From: Octopus vulgaris
Lineage: Eukaryota
Direction of reading: 5' to 3'
Assembly (NCBI GenBank): GCA_951406725.2
Contig: OX597818.1
Span: forward strand, 144,956,001 to 145,020,000
Length of the DNA: 64,000 nucleotides
Position 1 is the first letter of the stretch; each line of letters begins with the position of its first letter. Positions 27,063-43,680 of the stretch are shown here, piece after piece. A program made the position numbers and the translations under genes. The notes under the pieces are model-generated. The model did not search any database and had not been told where the DNA came from. It was given only the letters and a program-made list of their open reading frames with translations.

Positions 27063-27470
27063 TTTTTGCAATTATTATTATTGAATGAGAGAGCAGTGCA
27101 TGCCATCAAAGTGACACTGGGCTACAAATCATTATTATTATCATTATTGTTTTACTTCTCACAGTGCTCAATCTTGTTAGCTCTGGTAGATTCTGTGGGA
27201 GCGGACAGCATCCTGCTGTCAGAGGTCTCACAGAGTCTCTTTCCGGACATTACAAGTATCCGTGCGGACTTTTATGCGAGCTCTTGTGGAGAACAAATTG
27301 AGCCTGCGGCCCAAAACTAAAGAAACCTAAATAGTATTACTATAGTACGTGTATAATGACTATGCCCCGGTGGTGTTTGATCAGAGGTAAAGGACGGATG
27401 ATGAGAACTAATTCTGTAATAAAGGGGTCCTAGACGGACTTTTATTTTCATTATTATTATTATTATTATT

Positions 27471-29167
<1,697 letters not shown>

Positions 29168-29379
29168 GTCATTATTATTATATACATATATCACAATATT
29201 TCATAACTTTTCAAAACATAGTAGTATGTTCTGGGTAACAATCATATTGAAAAACTTACTGTAGGTTCGAACACATACAATTATATAACTTATATCCTTT
29301 GCACTCCATTTCCATTTATATATATATATATATATATTGTATGTATATATGTATTTATATGTATATGTGTGTGTGTGTT

Positions 29380-29427
<48 letters not shown>

Positions 29428-29559
29428 CGGTATTGATATCCAGAAAACCCAAAGAGTGGCAGGTAACGCTCAGTAAGTGCTATGGACAGACCGTAGTTAA
29501 AATCTTGGTTCGGTAGTGATACGAGTGAGGAGTCTAATGTGGGTCTTGTATTAGCATGC

Positions 29560-29603
<44 letters not shown>

Positions 29604-29680
29604 CAAAAAGAGACAACAAACCCAAGGTTGTGAAGAATTTTCAGGACATTTATATGAAAAGAGATATACTCTCTCTCTCT

Positions 29681-30045
29681 TTTACTTGTTTCAGTCATTT
29701 GACTGCGACCATGCTGGAGCACCACCTTTAGTCGAGCAAATCGACCCCGGGACTTATCCTTTGTAAGCCCAGTACTTATTCTATCGGTCTCTTTTGCCGA
29801 ACCGCTAAGTGACGGGGACGTGAACACACCAGCATCGGTTGTCAAGCAATGCTAGGGGGACAAACACAGACACACAAACACATACACACACATATATATA
29901 TACGACAGGCTTCTTTCAGTTTCCGTCTACCAAATCCACTCACAAGGCATTGGTCGGCCCGGGGCTATAGCAGAAGACACTTGCCCAAGATGCCACGCAG
30001 TGGGACTGAACCCGGAACCATGTGGTTGGTTAGCAAGCTACTTAC
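29681..30045 (-). mobile_element. SINE family B copy
   Basis: Reverse similarity to 3188-3665. Confidence 0.9.
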
Positions 30046-30315
30046 TAGACCTAAGAGCGAAGGCACCATAAACGTTTAGCACAGATCATTGAAACTGTAA
30101 CTTAATATTTAGAAAAGGCAGATGTTAGCGTATATAGTAATGTAAACAATACTGATCAATTAACGTACACTACAATACATACGGTACATATACATACATG
30201 CTTGCATACATACATACATACATACATACATACATACATACATACATACATACATACACACATACATACATACATACATACATACATACATACATACATA
30301 CATACATACATACAC

Positions 30316-30348
<33 letters not shown>

Positions 30349-31135
30349 CATACATACATACATACATACACATACGTATGAACTCAGATTGATTCTGATA
30401 TGAAGAGAGTATATGGAGATTAAAGACAATTTTATCTCTGTATTACAAGATGTACACTATCAAGTCACAGTGGGATTCCTTCGCAAATGTAAAAGTTTTA
30501 ATGTATGTCGTAGTCTTTTTTTATGTGCAAAGAATGAGCATGTTCATTCTTGTTATTAAGAACAAGAGACTCGTTGAATGAGAACTCTATTTTGAGAAAG
30601 TAATATCATGCACGGAAAAACAAACAGTTTATTTATTTTAATTTGGTTGTACTAAAAGTATCGCTTAAAACAGGTACAAATCGAAAGTAGCAACGCGTCG
30701 ATATGTATACAAATAAACTGGAATAAATGTTAGCAAGACGTAGAAAAAAATATAAGAAACAAGAAAACAGAAATACAGACCGAAGTATAGAATGCAGAAA
30801 TGCTTCCAGAACGTCTTTGGTAAATAAAACATTTTACTCAATTTTAGGTTAGACTTTTCATAGGAAAGAAATCACTGCAAGTATTTTCATATGTCGCTTT
30901 GAGACAAAATTATTTTGAATTGGAAACGATGGCCAAACATTAAAGCATTATAAACCGATCCTATCCCTACCCAATTTTATCCACCACTCTTTTTATATAC
31001 TCATCATGAATATACAATTTTATAATGCTGAACATACTTATTAATGCAAACCTGTATTCATAATTAGTTCGATACTGAAATTAATTCTACATGATTTAAA
31101 TATATACTCTCCTCTACCTTGTACTTTATTGTGTC

Positions 31136-31203
<68 letters not shown>

Positions 31204-31248
31204 CATACATATACATACATACATACATACATACATACATACATACAT

Positions 31249-31303
<55 letters not shown>

Positions 31304-31465
31304 CAAACTAGAATAAAACCACCATATTTTGGGAAATTTGATTTAGTATTTCTAAATTGAATTTTTCCCTGTAAGTTTGGAATAATATGCCCTCATATTA
31401 TTATTATTATAATTCTTCTTCTTCTTCTTCTTCTTCTTCTTCTTCTTCTTCTTCTTCTTCTTCTT

Positions 31466-31496
<31 letters not shown>

Positions 31497-31611
31497 TTTT
31501 TATTATTATTATATGTATATATATATATATAATATATAGATATATATATAATACATAAACCGACATAGTCAGTATTAATATCCAAAGCTAAAAAATTCAC
31601 CACTTAAAAGC

Positions 31612-31942
31612 GGATGTTGCGTTAGAACATACAAATACTGCAATATAAACCAAGAGATAAAACCTTCATATAGTTATATGAAGCATATAAGCACTTCTTA
31701 GCTAGCACCAGCGGTAGACATTCAGCGCTGCTTCCGTCCCCCGGACTACCAGATTACGTGATATTTTCAGTCGCTTGGTGTCTGTCATTGATAAGGCCAA
31801 ATGAGGCCGAAATCACGTGATTTGATCGTCCGAGCGGTGGAAGTAGCGATAGCTAAGATGCGCTTGTATGCACTATTTAGCCATATGAGAGTTTTCTGTC
31901 TCGGTAAATATTGCAATATTCGTGTGTACTAACACAACATCC
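31612..31942. repeat. ~330-bp imperfect palindrome (fold-back)
   Basis: 31612-31762 aligns colinearly to the reverse complement of 31812-31942 (GGATGTTGyGTTAG, TGCAATAT, TCTTAGCTA, CGCTrCTTCC, CGGAC, ACGTGAT), with one ~20-nt insertion in the left arm. Confidence 0.9.
31770..31838 (+). ncRNA. Extended type I hammerhead ribozyme motif (U3-A8 core variant)
   Basis: GTCGCTTGG-tgtct-GTCA-TTGATAA-GGCC-aaatga-GGCC-GAAA-TCACGTGAT-T-TGAT-cgt-CCGAGCGGT. Stems I (with internal loop), II and a palindromic III all close; predicted AUU cleavage triplet. Confidence 0.72.
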
Positions 31943-31975
31943 ACACACTCACGCACGCACACGCACACACTCACG

Positions 31976-32047
<72 letters not shown>

Positions 32048-32902
32048 TTACGTATATTGGACAGCGCTTTTTGAAGTTAATGCGATTTAAAGTTCTTCAA
32101 AAATGAAGTGAATTCTAACTAGGAAATACAATTGAATTCCATTGAACTACAATTTTGTTTTGTTTTGTATAATTTTAAAACCTTGGATTTTTAAAACCTT
32201 GGATTTTTAAAACTTGATAATAAATTAACTAAAAGCATGCCAGGTGTCGCATTTTTATACGTTATTCAGTTTATAAATAAATTAAATGTATTATATATTT
32301 TATATTCGTATAAACGACTTTTGCAGGTACAAAAACGATAGAAAGAAAGCAGAAACAAAAACAACAACCTGTATGAACGTTTCTTGCCAAAGTTAGCCTC
32401 AATATCAAGGAATTAATGAATAAGTAAATCTATGAAGAAGTGAAAAGTGTAAATTCATATCTGCTTCTGATTGATTACAAATTACTTTTTCAATTCCACG
32501 CCAAAAGTCAGTGAATTTCGCTATGAGTTCATGTTTGTGGTGTTGGTGTATATGTGTGTTTGTGTGTGTGTGTGTGTGTTTGTGTGAGAGAGAATCCTTG
32601 TGCAAGGATCTGCTATGCCTACTACAAAATAAAAACTGTTACAGGACACCATTTTCCCTCTAATTAAGGATTATTAAACGGATTTCTTCCAGCGAATTTC
32701 GGCTTTTGCGAATTTTCCTTTTCTCTCGATTCCTTAAAATATTCATTCTATCCCTATCTTTTTCCATTTTTTTTACTCTTTTCTTTGGTCCTATTTTTCA
32801 ACCTTTCTTTCTGTATTTTTCTTTCTTTCTTCCCTTTTTAGCCATAAATCTTGACATAAAAAATAGTTACTTCATTATCTAAAATAGAGGCTAATTTACA
32901 CC

Positions 32903-33760
32903 CTTCTTCTTCTTCTTCTTCTTCTTCTTCTTCTTCTTCTTCTTCTTCTTCTTCTTCTTCTTCTTCTTCTTCTTCTTCTTCTTCTTCTTCTTCTTCTTCT
33001 TCTTCTTCTTCTTCTTCCTCCTCCTCCTCCTCCTCCTCCTCCTCCTCATCATCATCATTCTTTTCATCACCATCATAGTCATCACCATTATTATCCTTCT
33101 TCCCTCTCACCTTCGTCATCGTCATCGTCGTCGCCATCCTTATTGTCATCGTCGCCGCCGCCCTTGCCATTGCCGTTGCTGTTGTCATTGTCTTTCTTCT
33201 TCTTCTTGTTATTGATGATGCTGGTGTCAGCAGTGGTGCCACCTCATCTCCTAGTTTTTTTCCCACTCTTCAACATCATTCTGTTGCAACTGTGGCTCCA
33301 GCTGTTTCTTTTGCTATTCTTTTCTGCCATCACTTCCACCATCTTCACCACCACCACCACCACCACCACCACCACCACCGCCACCACCACCACCACCACC
33401 ACCACCACCACCACCACCACCACCACCACCACCACCACCACCATCACCACCACCACCACCGCCACCGCCACCACCGCCATCGCCACCACCACCACCTCCA
33501 CCACCATCACCTCCACCACCATCACCACCACCACCATCACCACCACCACCATCACCACCACCACCACCGCCACCGCCACCACCACCACCACCACCACCAC
33601 CACCACCGCCACCGCCACCACCATCACCACCACCACCGCCACCACCATCACCACCACCAGCATCACAACCACCACCACCACCATCACCACCACCACCATC
33701 ACAACCACCACCACCACCATCACCACCACCACCATCACCACCACCACCACTACCATCCTC
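32903..33760. repeat. Compound trinucleotide array (TTC)n-(TCC)n-(TCA)n and long (CAC)n
   Basis: Direct inspection. Confidence 0.97.
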
Positions 33761-34202
33761 TTCTACACCTACACTTTACCAAAACTATAATTCTTCCCCA
33801 CCACTGTCACCCACCCATCCCCTTTCTCAGCCCACCCACACCCAATCCCTTTCACCTCATCTACGCTTCTAGTTAACGGAGTTTTTAGATTCTCTCTTCT
33901 CTTCTCTCTCTTTCTCTCTCTCTCTCCCTCCTCCCTACCTCCTCTCTCTCTATCTTTTTTTTTTTTATTGCCATCTTAATTACAACGTAGCATCTTTTTA
34001 ACTCAATGGATTCCTTGATGATGTCGAGCTCTGCTTCAGTTACTATGACATCCAATCAACCCAGCTTCTCCAACATTTCATTATATTACACACACACACG
34101 CACACACACATACACACAGGCACATACACATATACACACACATACATAACCTTTTCCTTTCAGTTTTATATGTTGTCCTTTGCTTGGTTTTCTCTCCGTT
34201 GA

Positions 34203-34236
<34 letters not shown>

Positions 34237-34275
34237 CACACACGGGCACTGAAATATATATATATATACATACAG

Positions 34276-34339
<64 letters not shown>

Positions 34340-34350
34340 GCATATATATA

Positions 34351-34381
<31 letters not shown>

Positions 34382-35626
34382 ATCGTTTTCCACAAGTATT
34401 CTGAATTTTCATTTTCTCCTCCTCCTTTTCTTTCTCTTGTTGTTGTTGTTGTTGTTGTTGTTCTTCTTCTTCTTCTTCTTCTTCTTCTTCTTCTTCTTCT
34501 TCTTCTTCTTCTTCTTCTTCTTCTTCTCTCACCATTATCTCCCCTTTTATATTTTCTCCCTTTTGTTCTCTCACTTTCACTCACCCATTTCCTCTCTGTC
34601 TTGATATCTATGTTTCTCTTTCTCTTTCCATCTCTCTGACCTTTGCTCTAAATCTCTGTTCTTGTTTATCATATTCTCTCTCTGTCTCTATCTCCTCTGT
34701 TTCACAATGTATCACATTTATTATTGCTGTCTTTTCTCCGCCACCCTTAAATTTTTTTTTCTTTTATTCCATTTTTGAAGTATCACTTCATAAGAAGGGC
34801 GGAGTGCCTAATCTATGTTACCCTGCGGGATATGGGTCAAGCTAGATGAATACTTTGGAAATAATAACCAAAACCAAAACCAATACCAAAGCCAAGAGGC
34901 AAAACGTAATAAAGCATAAAACATCAAAAGACAAAATTTAGCAGAATCAGTTGCAACAGCAACAATAACAATAAAAAACAGCAATAATAAAAATAACGAA
35001 AACAATAATAACAACAGACTATGTAGTCGTTCGACTTACTAAATAAAGCAGCCAAGTGTCTCCTTCAACAAATTCTTGGATGTCAGAATGAGTAAAGCGC
35101 CGGACCAGAGGTTATGATAGTGTTTAGTTGTAATTTATGCTCAAAGTTCAAATACTGTAGAGCATTAAAATAAAGTACCCGTTAGCAACTGAGGTCGATA
35201 TAATCAACGATACCCATCTTTCAAATTTATGGCTTTATACTACTGCTCAAATACGGTATTAGTGAAATAGCAGAAGTTTTAGAGCGTCGGACATATTGCA
35301 TTTTGCTTCTGCTCTCCATGTCCTGAGTTCAAATCCCACCAAGATCGATTTTACCTTTCATCTTTCACAAGTTGACAAAATAAAGTTCCAGTCAAGAGCT
35401 GGGATCGATTTAAATGGTTAATCCTTCCCCACAAATTCCTGACCTTGTTCTGGCATTAGAAGAAATGTCAGACGAAATTGTTCTGCAGACACTCCTTCAA
35501 TGTCCAAGTATTTCTGACGAGTAGAACCGTAAATATCGCTCCACCACATTCCCTTATTATGGTGGACAGTTTCATCTGTCTGGTGGTTATAGGGAAAGAT
35601 TGTTTGGTTGTCATTTATTTGTTGTC

Positions 35627-35709
35627 AATATTCTGAATCTGCTTCACTTTCACTTCTCAGAATGTATGAGGAGAAATATGTTTGCGGGTTATTAACATCA
35701 CGTTTGGAG

Positions 35710-35759
<50 letters not shown>

Positions 35760-36592
35760 GTCAAGACGAAGAGTACGATTCGATTGTAATATATTTTATT
35801 AGTTGAACGATATTTCAACAGTACGTGTCTTTGTCAAGTTCAAAATAAGAAGTGAAAAAAATTCAAAATTACAGAGATTCAAATGTAAAGTATGAACGAG
35901 AGCAACCAGCGTCCACACGTTGATGGAATGGCATCAACAGTTTTTAAGTTACAATTTTATAACAGGCGAAAAGAAAAAGACAGAAAAAAACAGAAAAAGA
36001 AGACGTCAGAAAAAAAGAAAAGAAAAAGGGAGAAAGAATATTCAATCAAACAGTTTTGTATAAATTTGATGATATTCTCCTGTCATCTTATTCATTCCTC
36101 CAGGGCGTGATGTTAATAACCTGCAAACATATCTCTCCTCATACATTCTGAGAAGTGAAAGTGAAGCAGATTCAGAATATTTTCTGAGAATATGCACTTT
36201 CAAGTCTTCTTCAAAATTGCAGCGAAATGTTCGGCAAGTTCTGTCGAACTACTGTTATTGTGCCTAACGTCGAATCTGTGCCCATTAAAACTTTTGTTTA
36301 ATTGTTCTGTTGTGCAACCAAAATAAATTAAGTTGTATTCCGTGCGTCCTCAGCGATATTAGTTGTAATTTAAAAGAGATGTAACTACTCTTTCTGTCAT
36401 GCAGAACGACTTTCCAGGGAGTCCATTGCTCACTTGTAATCTTCTTCAGTGAACAGGCTCAGCGTATGAAGACTAGGATCGTTTCCTTCGTCCTTATTTC
36501 TGTAGCCACGATAACTGCTTTGTTTTTTCAATGTCTTTTGTCGCTTGCTAGGCTATGTTCTGTAACCACGGGTTCCGAGAGGGTGGTAGATT
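35627..36592 (-). mobile_element. Penelope-like element remnant (GIY-YIG C-terminus, 3' region with hammerhead, inverted partial copy)
   Basis: Minus strand 36050-36340 reads NLIYFGCTTEQLNKSFNGHRFDVRH..LAEHF..EERYVCRLLTSRPGGMN. 35627-35713 is an inverted copy of 36094-36181. Confidence 0.8.
35804..35842 (-). ncRNA. Minimal type I hammerhead motif (Penelope-type, U3-A8 variant)
   Basis: Minus strand TGAAC-TTGACAA-A-GACA-cgtac-TGTT-GAAA-T-ATC-GTTCA, downstream of the GIY-YIG stop codon. Confidence 0.65.
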
Positions 36593-37243
36593 TTAGTTAC
36601 TTCCTGTGTTGTTGATGCTCTTGTATTAGTTGTTGCTGTCTTTGCTCTCTATGCTGGGCAGTCTTCTTCAGTCTTCTTTCGCCGTTGTCAATTACTGCAT
36701 TTATTGTTGTATGAATGAGTAGTAGCAGCACTGGTGGCAGCAACAGCAACTGTAGTAGAGGTGGAGGTAGTAGTAGCAGTTGTAGTTGGGCCTCAAATTC
36801 CTGTGCTATCAAAATAGTAGTAGTTGTAGTATTAGCAGCTGGAGCATATTATTATTCTTTGTATTATTACCATTATCACCATTACCACCACTATTATTGT
36901 TATTATCATTATTACTATTTCCATTTATTATTAAAAGGTTTTATTAAATGTTCTTTATTTTCAACTTTTGTCTTGTATTTGAGATAATCATAAATATGTG
37001 GTCGTTGAAAGAAATAGTTGGGGAAAGACTAGCAGCTTGGTGAAGAGATCAAATTCTAAGGTCTATAAATAGATTCGGCAGATGGTGAGGAGGTCAGTAA
37101 TAGAAGACAAAAGTATCTTTGCACCCTTTGGGTCAGCAGAGGTCAAATGTGTTTACTACTACCAGCGACCAATGAGAGCGGTGACATTGGCCTTGAAAAG
37201 AAGCAATTCACTCTGCTCCATTTGTAATTACTGGTAGAAAAAC

Positions 37244-37289
<46 letters not shown>

Positions 37290-37303
37290 GTTTGTGTGTG
37301 TGT

Positions 37304-37690
37304 GCTATATGATCTGATTTGGTAGTGTTGTCAATTCTTCTCTTCAGATAGTTAGTCCTTAACGCTTGTTCTTGTGCTGCGCATATAAATACTTCTGCTT
37401 CTATTTTCTCTTCCTTCTTACTCCTCCTCATCCATAACCACAAGTCTTCTGTATCTGTCTTGACACTTGTATCTTTTGCAAACTGACCGTACGTTTTTCT
37501 CCTTCCATGCTGTTTCTTTTTTCGTGTTCTTTTCCTCTTCAAGCTTTTCTTCCTTTACACAATTGTCAGTTTTAATGCCACCGGCTTTCTTCACATGTTT
37601 CAACAATGGTTCCACGGTGTTTTTTACATACCATCCTAAGTTGTTTTCCTCTGTTTCGATAAATCCTGGCAACTGATCAAACCTCTTCCA
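37304..37690 (-). pseudogene. R4/Dong-type fragment (thumb-to-zinc-finger linker)
   Basis: EENNLGWYVKN..EPLL, WKEK..YGQF, WLWMRRS, FICAAQEQALRTNY. Confidence 0.85.
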
Positions 37691-37849
37691 CTTTTTCTTC
37701 TGGACTAGTATAGACTATCGGTCTCAATCTTAAGGTAGAAGGCTGACAGAGTAATAGAAGCTATATGATCTGATTTGGTAGTAGTAGATAAAGGGAACAG
37801 AAAGCACCAGATAATTGACTTTACAGTCCGAAATAATGAAGAAAAATAT

Positions 37850-39410
37850 TTCTTACTTTCTAGTACTTTACTAGGTTCATGTTCATACCATTTACCAGTA
37901 TGTTCAAATCCTAGCTTTCTCCATAGCTCCCAGTAGGCTGCTCTCCTTAGATTGTCATGTCCTTTCTGTGCCAGCATGCTACATTCACTTACTATATGAG
38001 TAACGTTTTCCTCTTTTGATTTGCATAATCTACATTGGAAATCTACTTGGTTTTTGTCTACCTTGGCTTTTATCGAATTAGTCCTTAATGTATGATCTCG
38101 TGCAGTTACTAACAGACTTTCTGTCTCTCTCTTCAGCTTTCCTTTCTGCAACCTTTCTGGTAGTAAATTCTGGTTGTCAAAGTGCTCGTAAAAGCTTCCT
38201 GAAAGCATTCCTGTTAATAGCTTCCACACTTATGGTAAACAAGTGATTGGTCTGTAGTTGCTAGCTGTATTATCCTTTCATAATGAGTATTGTCCTCCCT
38301 ATAGTCATCCAATTTGGTATTATTCCTCCATTAAGGCAATCCTGAAGTTGTTACTTCAGCCTTCCATGTAAACTACTGAATTTCTTTAGTCAGTAGTCTT
38401 GAGCTAAATCTGGTCTTGGACCCTTCCAATTCGACATTTTTCCTGGTACTTTACTCATTAATGAACTAGTTAATCTTAGATCTGGCTGCTTCTCACTCAC
38501 TATTTCTTCCCTCACTTTCTTTAACCATACTGCATCTCCATCATGATTGACTGGCTTATCCCAAATATTACTCCAGAACTTTCTAGCTTCTTCTGCATTA
38601 AGTTTCTCATCTTCAGTACTTCGTTCTATTTATTTGGTTATAAAATCTCCTCTGGTCTGTCAATAATCTGTTCTGTTGATACTAATCTATTCTTTTCTGA
38701 TATCTGGAGAGCCTACCTGTTACTGCTATGGTACGCTGTTTCAACTCTTCTATTACTGTCCCAAATCCTTTCTCTTTGACTAAGTATCTTTCCTCGAAGA
38801 TTTGCATCTTGTGTTTCCTAACTTGTTTGTTTTCCAGGCTATTCTACACAGATCTTGTCTTAAAGTCTTCATTTTATTTTGTAGCTTCCTTTTCCACATT
38901 TGCTCTTTTTTAATCTTACCCTGTGAGATATCTAATCTTCTGGTGACTACTACCCCTCCTGCATAGATCAATAAGTTATTGTCTCCTATACTTTTAGTAT
39001 ATATCCTCCTGATAATGGAATCTACTTTCCTAGTCATTTCTAGCAGCTCCCTTCAGTTGGTGCCTTTTATTGCTGGCAATCTTTTTCTTACTTCTTTACT
39101 CACTACTTCCTGCAGCTCATCTAAAATCTTCTGATCTTCCCCACTTAAATCACTTAAGTCGTTGGTGCCAGTATTGGTAGCGCTATTATTATATTTTCCT
39201 TTAAGTTCTTTGGTTTGAGCTGTATCTCTTATATTGTTGTCTTTCGAACTGCCTGGTTTTTCTTTTCCTGTTCTCTTGTGATCTCTTCTACCTCCAATTC
39301 TGTCATCCACTTTCATCTCCGAATAGTATTAGCTTGATTGACTAATCTCTGCTCAGTCACTTTAAACATACCCTTCTCTACCCAAAGTGTTAAGATCCGT
39401 TTTCTATGGC
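37850..39410 (-). pseudogene. Internally deleted R4/Dong-type element (N-terminus and RT start fused to zinc-finger region)
   Basis: EKGMFKVTEQRLVNQANTIRR, NNLLIYAGGVVV and WKLLTGML..NLLPE, joined directly to LKRETESLL..CRLCKSKEENVTHIVSEC..WYEHEP. Confidence 0.88.
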
Positions 39411-39414
39411 CCCC

Positions 39415-39784
39415 TTAAGAGATAACAAGTTAGAAGTTCATGTTGGTATTATGCCTAGGGTGTCATATATTTGGTTTTGTACATAATATTTTTCTAGAGA
39501 ATGCTTAAGAAAACATAAGAAAATTATGAGTTTCTTTTAAAAGTTTGAGATTACATAGACAGTATTTTACGTAGGATATGGGCAGTTCCCATGAGCACTA
39601 TCTTTTGAATTTCTGCCATTTTGGGGTTTCCTGGTATCTGAGCAAGGTAGCAATCATCCCCTTTTACTATCATTCCTAGTGCACCTATGGCAACAAGTAT
39701 TATTTTAGTCTTCAGGTTCCACATTTTGCAAATATCTATTTCAAGAACTTTATATTTACCCACTTTCTGGTTGGTCTTGACAAA

Positions 39785-39785
<1 letters not shown>
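39415..39785 (-). mobile_element. 3' end of another R4/Dong subfamily, 5'-flanked by a TTA/TCA array
   Basis: KYKVLEIDICKMWNLKT..GALG..IQKIVLMGTAHILRKILSM* plus 3' UTR. Confidence 0.9.
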
Positions 39786-39851
<66 letters not shown>

Positions 39852-39872
39852 TATTATTATTATCATCATCAC

Positions 39873-39920
<48 letters not shown>

Positions 39921-39950
39921 TATTATTATCATTATTATTATTATTATTAT

Positions 39951-41426
<1,476 letters not shown>

Positions 41427-42349
41427 GGCGGCGATTCGGTTGAGCCGTTACTTCCGAGGTTAGAATTCCCTGCGTCATTCTTTCCGTCGCTCTTCACTCA
41501 GAGTATTAAGAAATGTTTGTTGCCCGTTTGTATTTTATTAATAAAGGATTTATTCGGATGAAATGCGCTGCTGAAGGCTGAAAATTGGGCTAAAGTGTAT
41601 AAGGTACATACTGGGGTGTAAGATGATGAAGAAGAGAGAATGTTTGGAGAAGGTTCTCCAGATAATATAGCAAATAGATGGCGTAGAAAGAAATAGCAAA
41701 CCAGCTCTAATCCAATTGATATCTACCCCTCTTTCCATTCCTCTGGAGTTGATTAAATTGGTTATGGGCCGCTTAGTCAAACTCTGTGATTATGTACCTA
41801 AGTTATATATTATATTTAATTATGTTACATCTCTGGAGACTGTCCTAAGAGTTCTCCGTTCCACATTACTGAATATATCGTCTGTTAATTACACTTTCAG
41901 TCTTCCATTAATTTTTGTTTGACCTCATCAAGCAAAAAAAAAAATTGATTTGCTTTTTGTATGCTACAAAATGAAGTAAAAGCCTTCAACTACCCCAGAA
42001 AAAGTTCTTCTTTAGAATTTAATGGTGTATTAATTTTGTTTGAGCGCTAATTACCAAAACTATTATGAGGTGATTTATTTTTTCGTATTGTTTCACACTC
42101 ATATGTTATGTAATTTTACCTCGAGAAAAATTCTAACTTATATAATTTCAATTGTTTTAGTTCATCACTTTTCCTAATTATTCCTCTATCTCTTTCTTTT
42201 CCTTACTCTATAGTGTAAATCCTACCACTATCCATTCCCATTCAATCCTCTCACCAATTTTTGTATTCTTTTAGCCATATTTCCAATAGGACTTTCACTA
42301 CTCCGACGAAGGAGATCTCTTGAAACGTTAGAATGGTTTACTTCAACCA

Positions 42350-43680
42350 CTGGACCCCATTCCTGTTTCTATTTTCCATTTCTTTTAAGTCATTTTTGTC
42401 AACGCAGACTTTAACTAATATCATTGGTGTTTTCCCTTTAATGAGATGTTTTTACTTCCTCGTCTACAAACCAGGAGTGTTTTATTTTCGAAGCCATTGA
42501 CAAAATTAGGAGGGTTTTGCCTTTACTTTTATGCTGTTGTTGTTTAGTCCTCTGTAGCTTTATCATTTTCATATGTAAATGCATTTTACCATTTGCTTTC
42601 CATAGCAATGTTCTAATTCTGTCACATGTTCCAACAGATGTAGCTACAAAGTGTGCTGAACCTATTTTGATATAACTGATTATATTAATCAATATATTTC
42701 TCTGTAATCTACATTCATTACATTTATCAATTTTCATGTTTTCATATAATATCTGGTATGTTAACCCTGAATCTATGATGCTACCAAGAAATCGACAGTC
42801 ACAACTGCTGAACATGATTCGTAGCTTGTGATTCAAGTCGTTAAGTTTGTTGTTTGCTTTTAGTCGTGATCATTTTCTTACTACGTAGAAGTTTTCCAGC
42901 AGATAATTAGCACACTTTTACTCATTAATTTAAGCTAATTTTTTTTTTCTTTAGCTATATTCTTTCTTGGAAGGATTTTCTCACTTTTCGTATCGCATCC
43001 AGCCCACCCTCTTTTCGCACCTCCTTTATCTAGCCTCTTTGTTATATTTGCCAGGCTCCTTGGAAATAGACACTTATGTTTCTTATTTCATTTAACTATT
43101 TGCATTGATCTGCTGCTATTTTCTCCTGTGTATTTATGTAAATCTATAGTAATTATCTGATAGCAATTTTCCAATTGCAGGAGTCCCTTTCCACGCTGTG
43201 TTCGTGCTAAATATCACCTGTCAGTGTCTACTTCTGGGTGGTGTTTTCTATATGCTGATATTAATTTTCGTGTTTTCAATCTAATTTCATTAACAAGTCC
43301 ATCTTCAAGTCAATATCGTTAAAGAGGTGGCTTATAGTTACAATTATTAATATCTATTACTTTGCTCATAAAATTTCGTTTTGTGCTGAGTACATTTCTA
43401 ACGCTTCTATATTTTCTTGTCTGATGTTTTTCTTCACCGAGTGCTGTGTTCCAACTCGGTCTTTTAGTCCTAGATATTTTCATGTTCACCCTTCTTTGTA
43501 TTTCTTTAAATTCCATGTATTTATAAACTTTGTTTTCCTTATGTTTTTACACATCTTCCACTTTCATTTTCACACTTTCATTTCTAGAGTGAAAATCAAC
43601 TATTTTGTTATTGGTCGTCATCTTCTTCATAAACCATTTATGTTCAATTGGTGGTTTATGGTAAACTAATATTAATATTC
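42350..43680 (-). pseudogene. Ancient, heavily decayed R4/Dong-type element
   Basis: Colinear with the 27.5-29 kb protein: KYLGLKD, RSVRNVLST, HHPEVDTDR*YLARTQRGKGLLQLEN, CNECRL..NIIS, CDRIRTLLWK. Confidence 0.75.

Noticed and set aside
42301-42336. Hammerhead-like CCGACGA-AGGA-gatc-TCTT-GAAAC-GTT
   Set aside because: U4 is mutated and stem I is only about 2 bp; too weak to call.
42438-42836. Retroviral aspartic protease (IIDSG)
   Set aside because: The surrounding sequence aligns colinearly with the Dong zinc-finger/RLE region instead.
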